Source of the DNA: Nemertoderma westbladi | Lineage: Eukaryota; Animalia; Xenacoelomorpha | Direction: 5' to 3' | Length of the DNA: 64,000 nucleotides | Assembly (NCBI GenBank): GCA_032718475.1 | Contig: JAUCBJ010007419.1 | Span: 1 to 64,000, forward strand | In this document: one piece after another, positions 60,242 through 64,000 of the stretch | Numbering within the stretch: position 1 is the stretch's first letter | Layout of the letters: every line of letters begins with the position of its first letter | The notes under the pieces: model-generated | The model's database searches: none | What the model was told of the DNA's origin: nothing | What the model saw: only the letters and a program-made list of their open reading frames with translations | Translations under genes and position numbers: made by a program

Positions 60242-61277
60242 ATCACGTACTTTTAAACAAATATTTGTGTTTCGACCTGCCATCATTTAATTATCAAACC
60301 ACAATCGCGGGATTTCAGATGAAGATGAGATTTCTGGGCTCGCCAACTCTACTGTTGGACGACACAATTAGTTACCAAGAAGGTTAGAAATATAAAAATT
60401 GGGCATGTCGGGGTCCTGTTAATTGACAATGTCATCGCATAATATATAATCATTTAAAACCTTATGATGAAGCTTTCGAGTAAAATAAAATAGATTTATT
60501 ACTGTAAAAGTAAATTCTTCCAAATTAATTAATATTCAAGTATTAGTCAAGGTAAATGTAATATTTATTTCCTGTTTAATTATCTTTTCTGAACTCATTA
60601 CAGGAATTCAACGATTAAATAATTGGTTGCTTTTCGATATGAAATATTGGTTAAACGACCAATGGGAAATCAGTCTTCAAATACAGGAGGATATAACCAA
60701 TGACTGGAAAGAAATGTGCGCTAACCCAACCAATCACAAACCGGCCTATCAATACAACTTGGAATACACGGGAAACAATAGATTTACTCTCCACAGTAAA
60801 TTAACCTCCTTGTTATCACCCCCAGGTGGTGAACGAAACCAGCGATCTTACAACATACCGGTTGCCAATGACAACGAAACATATGATATCACCCAATATT
60901 CGTACCGATATCGTAACATAGGGGGTCCTAGTTATGATGTCTGTTGCTATGGAGACCAGCCTGATTATAGTGTTTACTTAAACACTGCCCCAGAACCCTT
61001 ATACACGGCCTCAGAGCCCTTATACACGGTCCCAGAGCCCTTATACACGGTTCCAGAGCCCTTATACACAGTCCCAGAGCCCGCCCACATAGCATCAGTA
61101 ACAGAGGAGACAGACACACAAAGATCAGTATCTGCTGGGGATCCGGAGGTATTCGGTGTCAGTAAAGCGGAATCGTTTGAAGAGTTGTCCTCGAAGTACA
61201 AACATATAGGAACCGTTCTTGGGTTCAGTAACCGGGGTGATTGTGAGACAGCAGAAAGCTGTCTTCAGTCCCAATAG
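60242..61277 (+). CDS. Uncharacterised spliced gene, exons 60242-60382 and 60604-61277; 5' part unresolved
   Basis: A phase-1 AG/GT-bounded open exon joins in frame to the 216-aa ORF, which contains a 21-bp repeat encoding (PEPLYTV)x4. Confidence 0.5.
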
Positions 61278-61334
61278 TATTAATACTACCAGTAAGGAGT
61301 AAAGCAAACATACTTGGTTCGGTAACAACAATAA

Positions 61335-64000
61335 TAGATATTGTGTTGCGAGATATTACTGGGTGTAACACTACGCTGATAATAGATATTGTGGTGCGAG
61401 TTATTACTGGGTGTAACGCTACACCAATAATATATATTGTGGTGCGAGTTATTACTGGGTGTAACGCTACACCGATAATATATATTGTGGTGCGAGTTAT
61501 TACTGGGTGTAACGCTACGCCGATAATAGATATTGTGGTGTGAGTTATTACTGGGTGTAACGCTACACCATAATAGATATTGTGGTGCAAGTTATTACTG
61601 GGTGTAATGCTACGCCGATAATATATATTGTGGTGCGAATTATTACTGGGTGTAACGCTACGCCGATAATAGATATTGTGGTGCGAGTTATTACTGGGTG
61701 TAACGCTACACCATAATTGATATTGTGGTGCAAGTTATTACTGGGTGTAATGCTACGCCGTTAATAGATATTGTGGTGAGAGATATTACTGGGTGTAACG
61801 CTACGCCGATAATATATATTGTGGTGCGAGTTATTACTGGGTGTAACGCTACACCGATAATATATATTGTGGTGCGAGTTATTACTGGGTGTAACGCTAC
61901 GCCGATAATAGATATTGTGGTGCGAGTTATTACTGGGTGTAACGCTACACCATAATAGATATTGTGGTGCAAGTTATTACTGGGTGTAATGCTACGCCGA
62001 TAATATATATTGTGGTGCGAATTATTACTGGATGTAACGCTACGCCAATAACAGACATTGTGGTGCGAGTTATTACTGGGTGTAACGAGTTATTACTGGG
62101 TGTAACGCTACGCCAATAATAGATATTGTGGTGCGAGTTATTATTACTGGGTGTAATGCTATGCCGATATTATATATTGTGGTGCGAGTTATTACTGGGA
62201 GTAACGCTACACCGATAATATATATTGTGGTGCGAGTTATTACTGGGTGTAACGCTACACCAATAATAGATATTGTGGTGCGAGTTATTACTGGGTGTAA
62301 CACTACGCCGATAATAGATATTGTGGTGCGAGTTATTATTTCTGGGTGCAATGCTACGCCGATAATATATATTGTGGTGCAAGTTATTACTGGGTGTCAC
62401 GCTACGCCAATAATATATATTGTGGTGCGAGTTATTACTGGGTGTAACGCTACGCCAATAATATATATTGTGGTGCGAGTTATTACTGGGTGTAACGCTA
62501 CACCAATAATATATATTGTGGCGCGAATTATTACTGGGTGTAACGCTACACCGATAATATATATTGTGGTGCGAGTTATTACGGGGTGTAACACTATGCC
62601 AATAATAGATATTGTGGTGTGAGTTATTACTGGGTGTAACGCTATGCCGATAATAGATATTGTGGCGCGAGTTATTACGGGGTGTAATGCTACACTGATA
62701 ATAGATATTGTGGTGCAAGTTATTACTGGGTGTAACGCTACGCTGATAATATTATTGTGGTACATTACTGGGTGTAACGCTACGCTGATAATATTATTGT
62801 GGTGCAAGTAATTACTGGGTGTAACGCTACACCATAATAGATATTGTGGTGCAAGTTATTACTGGGTGTAACGCTACGCCGATAATATATATTGTGGTGC
62901 GAATTATTACTGGGTGTAACGCTACGCCGATAATAGATATTGTGGTGCGAGTTATTACTGGGTGTAACGCTACACCATAATAGATATTGTGGTGCAAGTT
63001 ATTACTGGGTGTAATGCTACGCCGTTAATAGATATTGTGGTGAGAGATATTACTGGGTGTAACGCTACGCCGATAATATATATTGTGGTGCGAGTTATTA
63101 CTGGGTGTAACGCTACACTGATAATATATATTGTGGTGCAAGTTATTACTGGGTGTAACGCTACGCCGATAATAGATATTGAGGTGCGAGTTATTACTGG
63201 GTGTAACGCTACACCATAATAGATATTGTGGTGCAAGTTATTACTGGGTGTAATGCTACGCCGATAATATATATTGTGGTGCGAATTATTACTGGGTGTA
63301 ACGCTACGCCAATAACAGACATTGTGGTGCGAGTTATTACTGGGTGTAACGAGTTATTACTGGGTGTAACGCTACGCAAATAATAGATATTGTGGTGTGA
63401 GTTAATATTACTGGGTGTAATGCTACGCCGATATTATATATTGTGGTGCGAGTTATTACTGGGTGTAACGCTACACCGATAATATATATTGTGGTGCGAG
63501 TTATTACTGGGTGTAACGCTACACCAATAATAGATATTGTGGTGCGAGTTATTACTGGGTGTAACACTACGCCGATAATAGATATTGTGGTGCGAGTTAT
63601 TATTTCTGGGTGTAATGCTACGCTGATAATATATATTGTGGTGCAAGTTATTACTGGGTGTCACGCTACGCCGATAATATATATTGTGGTGCGAGTTATT
63701 ACTGGGTGTAACGCTACGCCAATAATATATATTGTGGTGCGAGTTATTACTGGGTGTAACGCTACACCAATAATATATATTGTGGCACGAATTATTACTG
63801 GGTGTAACGCTACACCGATAATATATATTGTGGTGCGAGTTATTACGGGGTGTAACACTACGCCAATAATAGATATTGTGGTGTGAGTTATTACTGGGTG
63901 TAACGTATGCCGATAATAGATATTGTGGTGCGAGTTATTACTGGGTGTAACGTTACGCCGATAATAGATATTGTGGTGCGAGTTATTACTGGGTGTAACA
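61335..64000. repeat. ~48-bp minisatellite (>55 copies, runs off the window) with a 1264-bp higher-order duplication
   Basis: Unit GTGGTGCGAGTTATTACTGGGTGTAACGCTACGCCGATAATAKATATT; variant patterns recur 1264 bp apart (61706/62970, 61725/62989). Confidence 0.96.

Overview
AT-rich, repeat-dense animal (invertebrate-like) nuclear DNA. The first ~29 kb is a nest of retroelements. A decayed BEL/Pao LTR retrotransposon (+, gag-pol 1725-9792) is cut at its 5' end by an RTEX-like LINE fragment, which itself carries the LTR of a third BEL element (1-758). Its 3' region holds a near-intact 15.8 kb BEL/Pao element (-, 11299-27135; 1174-bp LTRs, about 6 differences, TGTTT TSD). The most interesting signal is in this young element. 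It has no tRNA-type (TGG...) primer-binding site. Instead, the 13 nt abutting the 5' LTR are perfectly complementary to a 13-mer inside its own LTR, the geometry of Tf1/sushi-type self-priming, here in a BEL/Pao element. Further right are a tRNA-derived SINE whose tail has become a 63-bp array, Harbinger remnants, several MITEs, and a complete-looking 7.2 kb EnSpm/CMC DNA transposon (transposase plus BEN-domain partner, TA TSD). Host genes are NPRL2 (2 exons), a CCDC59/Fyv7-like gene whose last codons seed a 5-kb 52-bp array, and an unknown spliced gene. Several other large minisatellites fill the rest. All calls come from reading the sequence by eye; no database searches were run.
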